Positions 20,982 to 32,607 of a DNA stretch of 64,000 nucleotides are shown piece by piece. The notes under the pieces are model-generated. The model ran no database searches, was not told where the DNA came from, and saw only the letters and a list, made by a program, of their open reading frames with translations. The stretch's first letter is position 1, and every line of letters starts with the position of its first letter. The stretch lies in contig CAVSBT010000044.1 in NCBI GenBank assembly GCA_963726245.1, positions 1 through 64,000 on the forward strand, written 5' to 3'. Origin of the DNA: an uncultured Chloroflexia bacterium (GTDB taxonomy: Bacteria > Chloroflexota > Dehalococcoidia > DSTF01 > JALHUB01). The translations under genes and the position numbers were made by a program.

Positions 20982-22554
20982 AAGCAGTCATCTACTCACG
21001 AGTCTCCACTGATGCCCAGGAGCGCGATGGGTCCTCCCTGGATACCCAGGAGCGAGCCTGCCTCGAGCACGCCGAGGCCAACGGCTGGCCGATTGCAGAG
21101 TGCGTCCGTGATATGGCCAGCGGCTTCACCCTCGACAGGCCGGGCATCGAGCGGGTGCGCCAGCTGCTTCGGCAGGGCACGGTGGACGTTGTCGTCGCCT
21201 ACGCGGTCGACCGGCTCTCCCGGAACCAGAACCACATCGGCGTCCTCTTCGACGAGGTCGAGCAGGCCGGGGCTCGGCTGGACTTCGTGACGGAGCGCTT
21301 TGAGGACACCGCCATCGGGCGGTTCATCCTGGCGGCCCGCGCCTTCATTGCCGAGGTTGAGCGGGAGAAGATCGCTGAGCGCACCACGCGGGGCAAGATC
21401 GAGCGGGCGCGGTCCGGCCGGCTGCCCCAGGCCACCGGGAAGGGGATTACGGCTACCGCTACAATCGCGAGACAGGCAAGCGGGAGATAGACTCCTTCCA
21501 GGCGACCGTCGTGAGGCGCATCTTTCAGCGCTACACCGAGACCCGCAGCTTCTCGGCCGTCTCCAACGAACTGAGCGCCGCTGGCGTCCCCTCCTTCTCT
21601 GGCGGCCGGTGGTACCCGCTCACGGTCCGGTCGGTACTGACCAACGAGACGTACACCGGGCGGACCGTGTTTCGCCGGACGAAGAGGGTTAGGTCCCGGA
21701 ACGGAACAACGGGGAGGCGCCGTAGCCAGGTGGTCGAGCGGCCCGTGGAGGAGTGGATCGAGGTTGTGGGTGCTACCCCTCGCATTGTCGATCAGGCATT
21801 GTGGGGTCGTGTGCAGGAGATTATTCGCGACCCCGAGCGCATCAGACGACGACCGGCTGGGCGATTCTATGCCTTGAGCACACGGGCCAGATGCGGGCTA
21901 TGCGGCTCGGCCATGGTGGGCCAAACGCTGACGGTCAAGGGGCAGTCGTACCGCTACTACCGCTGCCGCCACGCATACGACCGGAACACCGGCCGGGACT
22001 GCTCGGCGCGGTACGTGCCCGCAGACGCGCTTGAGGCCGCCGTCTGGCGCGAGGTGAAGCAGGTGCTGGCAGACCCCGCCGTCGTGCTTCGCGAGCTGCA
22101 GAGAGACGCAGAGCTCAACACGGACACTGAAGAGGTGTCTCGTCTTGTGCAGGAGATCGAATCCCTTAGGGACCGCGAGAAGCGCCTGGTGCGACTCTAC
22201 ACCTATGGGGAGGTCGACGAAGAGGTCATCCGCGAGGAAGGTGCAAACCTCCGGCGTCAGCTAGGTGTGCTAGAGGAACGACGAAGGTCTCTGGACCAGC
22301 GGCCGGTCGACTACGGCGAGCGCCTCAACCCTGAGGTACTGGAACGTGTGTGCGCCGCCGTCGCCGAGTGGCTCGACCGCGCCGGCGAGGAGGACCGGAC
22401 CCTGGTCTTGGAAGCGCTGCAGCTATCGGTGGGGGCGACCAAGGATACTGCGAGGGTGACCGGGGTGCTGCCGGTCGAGCCGCCTCAGTTTATCACCATT
22501 GAACGAACATGGGCATCACCACGTGGACGTAGTTCTCGACGCCCACGGGCTTGA
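20978..22554 (+). CDS. large serine recombinase (frameshift near 21445)
   Basis: YSRVST catalytic Ser, DRLSR, recombinase domain, Zn ribbon CGLCG..YYRC..C, coiled coil; reads through att into dnaN antisense. Confidence 0.92.
22488..22516. mobile_element. right att junction (element-supplied dnaN 3' end)
   Basis: GTTTATCACCATTGAACGAACATG-GG-CAT; encodes PMFVQW* with codons CCC/GTT/CAA, versus CCG/GTG/CAG at the left junction. Confidence 0.9.
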
Positions 22555-23626
22555 TGACGCCGGGGCTGGAGGGGCTGGTGGTCTCGAGCGCCACCTGGCC
22601 GCCGTCCAGGACCTGGAGGACCTCCTGGAGGTACTTGCCGTTGAAGGCGATCTTGGCCGCCTCGCCCTCCACGGCGGCGTCGAGCTCGCCCCGGTTGTCG
22701 CCCACCTCTTCGGCGCGGGCGGTGATGGTCAGGCGGCCGGGCGCCGACCCCTCGCCGGGGGCGAACTGGAGGCGGATGATGCCGCTGCCGTCGCGGGCGA
22801 AGATGGAGGCGATGCGCGCCTCGCGCAGGAACTCGCTCACGTCGACCACCGCCCGGCTGGCGTAGCTCTGGGGTATGAGCTGGCTGTAGTTGGGGAAGGT
22901 CCCCTGGATGAGCTGCGCCACCAGCTCTATGGTCTTGAGGCGGAAGAGGACCTGGGTCTTGGTGGTGTTGAGGGTCATCTCCACCGGGTCCTCCTCCTCA
23001 GCGAGGAGGCGGTCGAGTTCCCCCAGGGCGCGGGCCGGGATGATGATCTCCGTGCGCTCCGCCACCTTCTCCTTGACCGCCGTGTGGTGCACCGCCAGCC
23101 GGAAGCCGTCGGCGGCGGCCAGGGTGAGCAGGTTCTCCTCCAAGACGGCGTCGACGCCCGTGAGGACGGGCCGCGAGTCGTCGGTGGCGGCGGCGAAGAC
23201 CACCTGCCGGATGGCTCGGTGCAGCGTCTGCGGGTCGAGCTTGACGCTGGGGCCGCCTTCCACCTTGGGGATGGGCGGGAAGTCGTCGGCGTCCATCCCG
23301 CCGATGGTGGCCTCGTTGCGGGCGCAGACGAGCTTGAGCTGTCGCGAGCGGGCGGGCAGCGTCATGTCGATGCGTTCGCTAGGGAGGGAGCTGACGAAGT
23401 CGACCAGCAGGCGCGCGGGCGTGGTGATGGCCCCGTCCTCTTCCACCTGGGCCCCGATCCAACAGCTCAGGGCGATCTCCAGGTTGGTGGCCGCCAGCTT
23501 CAGGCGGCCTTCGTCGGTGGCCATGAGGATGTGGGACGTGATGGGTAAGGTTGTGCGCGCGGCCACCGCCCTGCCGACGATGCCGAGTCCCTTGGTCAGG
23601 TTCTCCTGGAGGCAAGAAACCTTCAT
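22493..23626 (-). CDS. dnaN: DNA polymerase III beta sliding clamp
   Basis: ATNLE, DSRPVLTG, AADGFRL, GTFPNY, C-terminal VMPM. Confidence 0.97.
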   Translation of the reverse strand: MKVSCLQENLTKGLGIVGRAVAARTTLPITSHILMATDEGRLKLAATNLEIALSCWIGAQVEEDGAITTPARLLVDFVSSLPSERIDMTLPARSRQLKLVCARNEATIGGMDADDFPPIPKVEGGPSVKLDPQTLHRAIRQVVFAAATDDSRPVLTGVDAVLEENLLTLAAADGFRLAVHHTAVKEKVAERTEIIIPARALGELDRLLAEEEDPVEMTLNTTKTQVLFRLKTIELVAQLIQGTFPNYSQLIPQSYASRAVVDVSEFLREARIASIFARDGSGIIRLQFAPGEGSAPGRLTITARAEEVGDNRGELDAAVEGEAAKIAFNGKYLQEVLQVLDGGQVALETTSPSSPGVIKPVGVENYVHVVMPMFVQW

Positions 23627-23758
23627 AGCGATCACCCACTTAATCGGTTTGGCCGAAGTATAGCGCAGGGCTGGGCGGGCGGCAATAGGCTAAGGTTTCC
23701 GAAGGCCAGCCTTATGGCGTCGAAGGAATCGTCCTTGGGCTCTCCTGGGCGCCGCCTC

Positions 23759-23904
23759 GTAGCTGCAGGGCTTTAGCCCTGCAGCTACGATGGTGGATTG
23801 CCAGAGTAGCGGAAGGCTTTAGCCTTCCACGGGAGGTTGTGGAGGGCCGTGTAGCGGAGGGCTTCAGCCTTCCACGGGAGGTTATGGAGGGCTAAAGCCC
23901 TCCG

Positions 23905-23908
<4 letters not shown>
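23759..23908. repeat. GTAG-family REP/REPIN cluster
   Basis: GTAGCGGAGGGCTTCAGCC..CC units and inverted GGAGGGCTAAAGCCCTCCGCTAC; same family at 53338-53394. Confidence 0.8.
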
Positions 23909-25222
<1,314 letters not shown>

Positions 25223-25226
<4 letters not shown>

Positions 25227-27093
25227 GACTCCTTTCTCGGGGCTAGGAGATGGTAGATCTGGCCGATGACCGGGGGTGAATCGGCAAGACCCAGGACGAG
25301 CTTCCGTATCTCCTCAAGCTCCCATTCCTCTTTGTCGATGCGGGTTTCAGCCTCCTGGTAATGTGCGCTGCCCGCCTCGCAACTCCTGAACCCTTCTCAA
25401 GCATTGGGCCAGGGGCCCAAAGTCAGGCCGGCGCGGGCCAATATGCTGGTCCATGAAGCGGCCTAGGTCCTGCGCTGCCAGGGCAGATAGGCGCCTCCCG
25501 GAAGGCGTGACAAGTTTGTCAAACACGTCGGCCCAGTCGCAAAAGCGACAGCTTGCGAAGCCCCGCAGCCCCCATCCGGTTACGCGGAGGCTGCAATGGG
25601 AGATCGATTTGTTGCCGGCCGTGTTGCTGCATGAAGTCGATGAGTGGGCTAATGAGGCAGTCGTCCAGAGCTGCCTCTACGGCTTTAACGAATGAGACCT
25701 TGGCCCCGTCGTCATCGACCTTGCTGTCGTAGTACTTTTCGGCCTTCATCAAGGCGTTGATCACCTTCGCGGGGAGCCGGTCCCACACGCCAGCGAGGCA
25801 CTGCGCCAGGAAACCGTAGATCTGCCGCTTCGCGGGCGGGAGTCGCTCCTCGAGTTCCCGCTGTTGCTTGAGCTGGCGCACTGCTATCGTGCTGGCGATG
25901 TCCTCAATTCTCTGCATTTGGCCAATGAGGTCGGGGACCGCTGCGGGAGGTGCGGCTACCTCCAAAGCGCGCGTGCTCTCCAGCATCTTGTCGGCGAAGC
26001 CGATGCGCATGGCCCAGTACAAGTCCATGTGGGGCCCAATTTGGTCGGGGGATGCGCCTTCGTAGCAGGCGGTGCTCTGCCAACGCTGCACATAGCGATC
26101 TCGCGCCTTCCGCCAATCACGCTGTGGCTCATAGTCACACACAAGGGAGTCTAGCAAAAAGCCGAGGGCCAAAACCGGCCCAAAATCCTCATCTACCAGC
26201 AATCGCTCCCACACGTCGGCCTTGGTCATAGCGAAAGCGGCTGCCAACTGGCCGAACTTGTAGGCGAGGAACTGGGCCGAACCGGTGTCGCAATCGCCGG
26301 GGACGGCGCCCGAAGTGTCTGCATGGTGGCACACCGACAGCAGGTCCGCGGCGCGGCAGAGCAGCTTGTACCATGCGTTAAACGCGGCATCATCGTAGGA
26401 GTAGCCCGGCACCCCCTCCCCCGCTCCTGTTCAGTCCATTCTCTGGCATCACAGGTGGCCGCTGCGCGCTCCAGCAGCTCGCAACCACGTGAGATCAGCC
26501 CGACGCCCCCACCCGCGCAGTCCGCTGCCTCCTTGATGATGTGGAGCGCGTCATCGTACTCATCCCCTTCGAGGTCAATCGAATGACATGACTATCGCCA
26601 CAAGGGTCTTGCCTACAACCAAATCGCTCCGCCAGGTGACGAGGCCAGGGTCCGCGCGAACGTGTCCGGCAGACAAAGTAAGTGGGGTGGCAGCCATTTC
26701 GTTCAGCAACCAGATACCCCGCTGCCGCTCGCCCTTTGCCAGGAAGAGGAATCCCAGAGCAAAGCGGACGTGGAACAGCATGCGGGCCTGCTTGTCTGTC
26801 AGGGGCTTTTGGCTTGGCCGCTGCGTCGAGGGACTCATGCAACGCCTCCAAGGGCTCGAGGGCATGCCCAACTAGGTTCTCCGCCAGGACCTTTTCCTCG
26901 TCAGTCTCGCCCAGGATCCCAAGCACAAGCGCGTGCACACCGATGGAAACCGGCGGCTTGCCAACATAGCTGGCCCTTCTTCACGATCTCTATCGCGTGG
27001 GATAGGTCCGAGTAGCGCGCTACATCTTCGTCACTCATGAACCAGAGACAGGAAAGACTTGATAGGATCCTGCCGTTCTGGCAGCGTTTCCAT
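25223..27093 (-). CDS. large helical protein with C-terminal HEPN-like domain (several frameshifts)
   Basis: Pieces 26575..26938 and 25519..26412; reconstructed end KAVE...VQELRGGSAHYQ...EEIRKLVLG...KES*; stop overlaps hemL ATG. Confidence 0.5.
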
Positions 27094-27100
27094 CCGCCCC

Positions 27101-27861
27101 TCACCCCCCTTCCAGAATCCTCACCAACTCCGCCAGGGAGCGCACCTCCAGGTCGGGCTGGGGGACGCCCTCGGGCAGCGGCGCGCCCTTCGCGGTTGAG
27201 CCAGGCGACCCGCAGGCCGGCGTGCTTCGCCCCCAGCACGTCGGCGAAGTGGCTGTCGCCCACGTACATTATGTCCACTGTCTTGAGTCCTAGCTCGGCG
27301 GCCAGGCCGTGGAAGATGGCCTCGTGGGGCTTGTAGACGCGGGCCGACTCGGAAGAGACCACCGTCTCGAAGGCGATGCCGTTGCGCTCCAGGCAGGGCA
27401 GCAGGAAGTCGTCGTCGGCGTTGGAGAGGAGGGCCACCTGGTAGCGGGCGCGCAGCCCTTCGACGGCGGCGCGGGCGTCGGGGAAGGCCTCGGCCTCGGC
27501 GAGGCGAAGGCGCACGTGGTGGTAGGCGGCCTCGGCGTCGCCCTTCAGGCCCAGCTCGCTGAAGGCCTGGGCGAAGTGCGACGGCCACTCCTCTCGATAG
27601 GGATGGAACGCGGGTGGCGGGGCCGTTGAGGGGCCTGCCCTCCACCACCAGCATGGGGCCGTTCGGCGGGCTCTCGCCGCCGCCGGGCTGACGCGACAAA
27701 CGCTCCCAGATGGCCATCCACTTGTCCCAGAGGGCGTCGCCGTCGCAGGGGAGGCCCTGGAGGCGGCAGACCTCGTCGTAGACGCGCCGGAAGCCGTGGT
27801 CGCCGAAGTCGACCAGCGTCCCGTAGCAGTCGAAGGCGATGGCGCGTGGGGCTGGCTTCAC
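27101..27861 (-). CDS. HAD-superfamily hydrolase (frameshifted)
   Basis: FDCYGTL, LSNA, YKP, YVGDS..DVLGA motifs. Confidence 0.85.
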
Positions 27862-27878
27862 CGGCGTCCCTCCAATTG

Positions 27879-27960
27879 TGTCACCCTGAGTCCGCCACGA
27901 GCGGACGAAGGGTCTCGCCGAACGAGATTCTTCGTCCGCGGCCGCGGACTCAGAATGACA
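27879..27960. repeat. REP-like inverted repeat (TGTCAxxCTGAG...CTCAGAATGACA)
   Basis: Long imperfect palindrome between the Nudix and HAD genes. Confidence 0.7.
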
Positions 27961-27988
27961 GCACCCACGCGAGGGACTCCTGGAGACA

Positions 27989-28618
27989 TCACTTGCCTTC
28001 TTCCTGCCGCAATTGCTCGATGACCAGGCGGTCGCCCTCGAAGGCCAGGTCGGGCGGCGGCTCATCGATCGGGAAGAAGCGCAGCTCCTCGAGGTCGTCG
28101 TCGGCCCGCATCTCGCCGCCGGCGACCTTCGCCAGGAACCAGAGGCCTATCACCGGCCGGCCGGCCACCTGGAAGTTCGAGTGGACGGCGTAGAGTCGCC
28201 CCAGTTCCACCTCCAGGCCGGTCTCCTCTCGAAACTCGCGCCGCGCCGCATCGCGCACGTCCTCGTCGGCCTCAACGTAGCCGCAGGGGATGCACCACCG
28301 CCCCTCGAATGGGGAGGTGCGACGCCGCCCCAGGAGCAGGCGCCCGTCCTGCACGACGACCACGGCCACGCCGGGCAGAGGGTTGGCGTGGAGGACGTAG
28401 TCGCAGCGGGGGCAGGCCGGCCGCTCCCGGCCGCCGACGGCCCGCCGCTCGAGGCCGGCGCCGCAGCGGGGGCAGAAGCGATGCGTCTCCACCTCGAAGG
28501 CGGCGCGGCAGTCGGGACAAACGACCCTGTTGCCGACGGGGTGTCGGTAGAGGTCATGCTGGGCCCCACAGCGCGGGCAGGTGACGGAGGAGGACTTGTC
28601 CGTGTTGGTCTGTGTCAA
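27989..28618 (-). CDS. Zn-ribbon Nudix hydrolase
   Basis: CxxC pairs and Nudix box [22 protein letters not shown]. Confidence 0.9.
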   Translation of the reverse strand: MTQTNTDKSSSVTCPRCGAQHDLYRHPVGNRVVCPDCRAAFEVETHRFCPRCGAGLERRAVGGRERPACPRCDYVLHANPLPGVAVVVVQDGRLLLGRRRTSPFEGRWCIPCGYVEADEDVRDAARREFREETGLEVELGRLYAVHSNFQVAGRPVIGLWFLAKVAGGEMRADDDLEELRFFPIDEPPPDLAFEGDRLVIEQLRQEEGK

Positions 28619-29625
28619 TCTGTGGCTGATCCCGGCTGCGCCAGCCAGGCGGCGGCCTCCTTGGCGTGGTAGGTGATGATGATGTCGGCGCCGGCCCGCT
28701 TGATGGCCGTGAGCACCTCCAGCGCCGCGCGCCGGCCGTCGAGCCAGCCCAGGCGGTCGGCCGCCTTCACCATAGCGTACTCGCCGCTGACGTTGTAGGC
28801 CGCCAGGGGCAGGTCGAAGCGCCGGCGAGCGCGGGCTATCACGTCCAGATAGGCGAGGGCCGGCTTCACCATCACGATGTCCGCCCCCTCGGCGATGTCG
28901 GCCTCGATCTCGCGGAGGGCCTCGCGGACGTTGGGCGGGTCCATCTGATAGCCGCGGCGGTCGCCGAACTGCGGCGCCGAGTCGGCGGCGACGCGGAAGG
29001 GGCCGTAGAAGGCGGAGGCGTACTTGGCGGCGTAGGCCATGATCGGCAGGTGGGCGAAGCCGCCGTCGTCCAGGGCGCGGCGGATGGCCGCCACGCGGCC
29101 GTCCATCATGTCCGAGGGCGCCACCATGTCGGCGCCGGCGCGGGCGTGCGAGAGGGCCGTGCGGGCCAGCAGCTCCAGCGTGCGGTCATTGTCCACCTCG
29201 CCATCCTCCACAACCCCGCAGTGGCCGTGGCTGGTGTACTCGCAGAGGCAGACATCGGTGATGACGACCAGCTCCGGCGCGGTCCGCTTGAGGATGCGCA
29301 CCGCCTCCTGGACGATGCCGTCGTCGGCGTAGGCCTCGCTGCCCTCGTCGTCCTTGGCGGCGGGCAGGCCGAAGAGGAGGACGGCGGGGATGCCGAGGGC
29401 GCGCAGCTCCTCGGCCTCGCGGGCCAGCCCGTCGGGCGAGAGGTGGTACTGGCCGGGCATGGACTCGATCTCCCGTCGCAGGCCGTGGCCGTGGGCGACG
29501 AAGAGGGGGTAGACGAAGTCGGCGGGCGAGAGGCGGGTCTCCCGCACGAGGCCGCGCAGCCCCTCGCTGCGCCGTAGGCGGCGGAAGCGCGCGAAAGTGG
29601 GGTGAAGGACGGTGCGGGTGGTCAT
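28615..29625 (-). CDS. hemB: porphobilinogen synthase
   Basis: [42 protein letters not shown]. Confidence 0.97.
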   Translation of the reverse strand: MTTRTVLHPTFARFRRLRRSEGLRGLVRETRLSPADFVYPLFVAHGHGLRREIESMPGQYHLSPDGLAREAEELRALGIPAVLLFGLPAAKDDEGSEAYADDGIVQEAVRILKRTAPELVVITDVCLCEYTSHGHCGVVEDGEVDNDRTLELLARTALSHARAGADMVAPSDMMDGRVAAIRRALDDGGFAHLPIMAYAAKYASAFYGPFRVAADSAPQFGDRRGYQMDPPNVREALREIEADIAEGADIVMVKPALAYLDVIARARRRFDLPLAAYNVSGEYAMVKAADRLGWLDGRRAALEVLTAIKRAGADIIITYHAKEAAAWLAQPGSATD

Positions 29626-29681
29626 GCCGCCCTAATTATACGCCGGTTCCAATCGGGCTGCCGGGGCAGGGAGAAGCCCCT

Positions 29682-30719
29682 CTACGGCTTGAGCACTATC
29701 TTCCCGAAGTGGCTCCCCGTCTCGAGCATCTGCTGCGCCTTCGCCGCGTCGCGCAGCGGCAGCACGGTGTCCACCACGCACTTGATCTTGCCCGCCTCGA
29801 CGGCCTTTAGCCCCTCCAGCAGCTCGCCCTTGTTCCCCTGGTGAGAGCCCAGCAACGAGAGCTGCTTCTGGAAGAGGAAGCGGAGGTCGGTCCGGCCCTC
29901 GAAGCCGGTGGTGACGCCGCAGATCACAAGCCGCCCGCCCCAGGACATGGCCTGGATGCTGCGCTCCCAGGTGGCCTCGCCGGTGTGCTCGAAGACCACC
30001 TCCACCCCTTTCCGGCCGGCGATGCGTTTGACCTCGGCCACCACGTCCTGCGTGTTATAGTTGACAGCCGCATCGGCACCGAGGGCCTTCGCCTTGGCGC
30101 ACTTCTCGTCCGTCCCGCCGACGGCGATGACGCGGGCGCCCGTCAACTTCGCCACCTGAATGGCCACGTGGCCGATGCCGCTGCTGGCGCCCCAGACGAG
30201 CACGTCCTCGCCCGGCTTGAGCTGCGCCCTCCCGATCAGCATGTGCCAGACCGTCAGCAGCACCAGGCCGATGCCCGCCCCTTCCTCCCAACTCAGGTTG
30301 GCGGGCATGGGTACCACGTTGGCCTCGGGTATGCGGGCGTACTCGCCGTAGGCGCCGTCCAGGGGCCCCGTCTGGAAGCCGTATATCTTGAAATGGCGGC
30401 AGAAGTACTCGTTGCCCGAGGTACAGGCGGCGCAAATCCGGCAGCTCACGCCGGGGTGGATCATGACCTTGTCGCCTACCTTGACAGTGGTGACGGCGCC
30501 GCCCACTTCCGCAACCTCGCCGGCGATGTCGCTGCCCGAGATATGCGGCAGGTCGAACTTCATGCCAGGCAGCCCCCGCCGGGCCCACACGTCGTTGAAG
30601 TTGCAGCCGATGGCGTGGATCTTGATGATGACGTCTGTCGGGCCCGGCTTGGGGTCCGGCACGTCCTCGTACTTCAAGACCTCTGGTCCGCCGTGCTCGT
30701 GGAACACAACCGCTTTCAT
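29682..30719 (-). CDS. zinc-binding medium-chain dehydrogenase/reductase
   Basis: PHISGSD, structural Zn CxxCxxC..C, GASSGIG; paralog of 46282..47337. Confidence 0.9.
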   Translation of the reverse strand: MKAVVFHEHGGPEVLKYEDVPDPKPGPTDVIIKIHAIGCNFNDVWARRGLPGMKFDLPHISGSDIAGEVAEVGGAVTTVKVGDKVMIHPGVSCRICAACTSGNEYFCRHFKIYGFQTGPLDGAYGEYARIPEANVVPMPANLSWEEGAGIGLVLLTVWHMLIGRAQLKPGEDVLVWGASSGIGHVAIQVAKLTGARVIAVGGTDEKCAKAKALGADAAVNYNTQDVVAEVKRIAGRKGVEVVFEHTGEATWERSIQAMSWGGRLVICGVTTGFEGRTDLRFLFQKQLSLLGSHQGNKGELLEGLKAVEAGKIKCVVDTVLPLRDAAKAQQMLETGSHFGKIVLKP

Positions 30720-30954
30720 GTCTTGCTCTCCTCTGATTGGCAGCCGGCGCTACTCCAGCCCAACGGCCCGCATACGATGGGTCGCGAAGGCCCTCCCCCG
30801 TGCGCAGCCACCTCTCGGCGCCGCTGACGGGCAGGCCCGCGCGACCAGATGAAGTCCGCAGCCAATGATCGCCTCTGTGAGACAGTAGCGCAAGGGCCCG
30901 GCGGACGGACGAAGCGCCGCTACAAGCCGGCGGGCCAAGCGATGGCCGGCACGC

Positions 30955-30983
30955 TTGAGAGCACGCTGCGACGGTGATATGAT
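30955..30983 (+). promoter_or_regulatory. promoter of fluoride riboswitch 1
   Basis: TTGAGA-17 bp-TATGAT with extended TG. Confidence 0.6.
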
Positions 30984-30999
30984 ACATGGCGCAGGAAAC

Positions 31000-31090
31000 G
31001 GGCGATGAAGCTCGCCCGCCCGGATCATCCGGGGTACCGCCCAAACAGGGCTGATAGCTTCTACGGACTCACAGCCGTAGGAGCTTTCTT
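31000..31090 (+). ncRNA. fluoride riboswitch (crcB motif) 1 with intrinsic terminator
   Basis: GGCGATGAAGCTCGCC...ACCGCCC-AAACA-GGGCTGATAGCTTCTAC; terminator AGCTTCTACGG..CCGTAGGAGCT-TTCTT overlaps the aptamer 3' end. Confidence 0.88.
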
Positions 31091-31174
31091 GATGACGGGT
31101 TATGCCAGGCTCAAGCGTTCTGCAACCTTTCCCTTAGAGCCGACCAATCCATAGCTCTAGTATCGCTTGCTCCA

Positions 31175-31567
31175 ATGCCTACACGAACACCCTTCGACGT
31201 CCTTGGAGTCCCTCCTCATGCTAAGCTTGCCGTCATCCGTGCTGCATACCGCGCCCTCGCTCGGAAATACCACCCAGACACCGGTCGCATCCCCAGTGAC
31301 AGATCGCACAAGCTCATGGTCGAGCTCAACTGGGCAATGGAGGAGCTGCAACGCGATCTTGCCGGCTGGCGAACACGGGCTGGCGTCCAGCAGCCCGCCG
31401 ACGCGAAGACCGACTCTTCCGTCAGAGTCCAGAACAATGAAGCCCCTGACTCCTCCACGCCCCACGCCAAGGCCTTTGACGAACGATGGAGGCGATTCAT
31501 GGAGAAGTACTCGAGGAGCTGCTCCACGGACTCCTCCGACGAGACGCCGCTCTCAAAGAGCTGGTGA
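31175..31567 (+). CDS. small J-domain (DnaJ-like) protein
   Basis: PFDVLGV..IRAAYRALARKYHPD..MVELNWA. Confidence 0.85.
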   Translation: MPTRTPFDVLGVPPHAKLAVIRAAYRALARKYHPDTGRIPSDRSHKLMVELNWAMEELQRDLAGWRTRAGVQQPADAKTDSSVRVQNNEAPDSSTPHAKAFDERWRRFMEKYSRSCSTDSSDETPLSKSW

Positions 31568-31648
31568 AAGCCAGTGCCACCCCACAGTCGAAGAGGCGAG
31601 CGCTTGAGGCCGGGTGTCGGAGGTGCTAGCATATAGACACGGAAAACG

Positions 31649-31739
31649 GGGCGATGAAGCTCGCCCGCCCGGACCATCTGGGGTACCGCCCAAACAGGGC
31701 TGATAGCTTCTACGGATTCACAGCCGTAGGAGCTTTTTT
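31649..31739 (+). ncRNA. fluoride riboswitch 2 with intrinsic terminator
   Basis: Near-identical to copy 1; preceded by TTGAGG-17 bp-TAGCAT; terminator with T-tract. Confidence 0.88.
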
Positions 31740-31740
31740 C

Positions 31741-32607
31741 ATGGGGTTTGGGGAACGCGCTGTGGTCAGCACAGAGGTGGCGCCGCTCGCGCTGGACCTT
31801 TCTCGGGTCGCGGGCTACGTGGCATCGTGCCGCGTACCCGATGGAGGGTACTTCTTCGCCCAGATCTCGCCTGCCAGCGCCCAAGACACCTACTTCGCCC
31901 TTGCCTCTCTGCGACTCCTTGGGCAAGAGCCCCAAGACGTGACGGGTGTGAAACGATGGGTAGAGGAATGGCGCCGGACACCCAGTAACGTGGCCAGCGT
32001 CCACGGCGCGTACCTTCTCTGCGGCCTGCTTGAAGAGCTAGGCGAAGGCCTCGATCCGGCGCGTCCCTACGCCAGGCTGATCGCCGACAGCGAGAATAGC
32101 CTGGGGGGCTTCGGTACCTACGAGAACGTGTACGTGGAATCGGCATCAGAGCTTCAGGTGACCTGCGAGGTCGTGTCGGTGCTGACAAGATTGGGATGCC
32201 CGCCCAACCATGAGCGTGTTGAGAGTTTCTTGCGTCGGTTCCGTCAGCCAGACGGCGGATTCGGCCTCTACCGCTCGACGCTGCCCTCAACCTACCACGC
32301 GTGCGCCGCGCTTGCCCAACTGCCGGAGTCAGGGCCCCTCGTGGACGGCGCGCGGCTCTACCTCCAACGAGAGGCGCAGCGGTGGGCGGCTTATTTCCTA
32401 GACGATGTCTTCTACCTGATCCAAGGACTCAGCTTGACCGGCAGCGCGGCGGCATCTGCCGCCAATGCTGCCACCCACGTGCTGGCCTGCCAGCGGCCGC
32501 GGGGTGGCTTTGCCCGCGCTCCCGTCATCGGCATTCCCACGCTGGAGCACACCTACTACGCCCTTCAGGTGCTCGATTCGGTGGGTCTCCTCAGCGGGCA
32601 GCGATGA
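31741..32607 (+). CDS. prenyltransferase/squalene-oxidase-repeat (alpha/alpha toroid) protein
   Basis: Repeats PDGGY..DTYFAL, LGGFG, PDGGFG..STYHA, PRGGFA..HTYYAL; start may be GTG near 31762. Confidence 0.8.
   Translation: MGFGERAVVSTEVAPLALDLSRVAGYVASCRVPDGGYFFAQISPASAQDTYFALASLRLLGQEPQDVTGVKRWVEEWRRTPSNVASVHGAYLLCGLLEELGEGLDPARPYARLIADSENSLGGFGTYENVYVESASELQVTCEVVSVLTRLGCPPNHERVESFLRRFRQPDGGFGLYRSTLPSTYHACAALAQLPESGPLVDGARLYLQREAQRWAAYFLDDVFYLIQGLSLTGSAAASAANAATHVLACQRPRGGFARAPVIGIPTLEHTYYALQVLDSVGLLSGQR

Larger units (their letters stand above)
2450..22513. mobile_element. ~20-kb integrative element / genomic island in the 3' end of dnaN
   Basis: Bounded by two dnaN-3'-end-like junctions sharing GGCAT. 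Large serine recombinase and excisionase-like HTH at the right end, accessory cargo inside. Confidence 0.88.

Noticed and set aside
31000-31739. Repeat pair as CRISPR array or transposon ends
   Set aside because: Only two ~90-nt copies, each matching the fluoride riboswitch with promoter and terminator; no cas genes or spacers.
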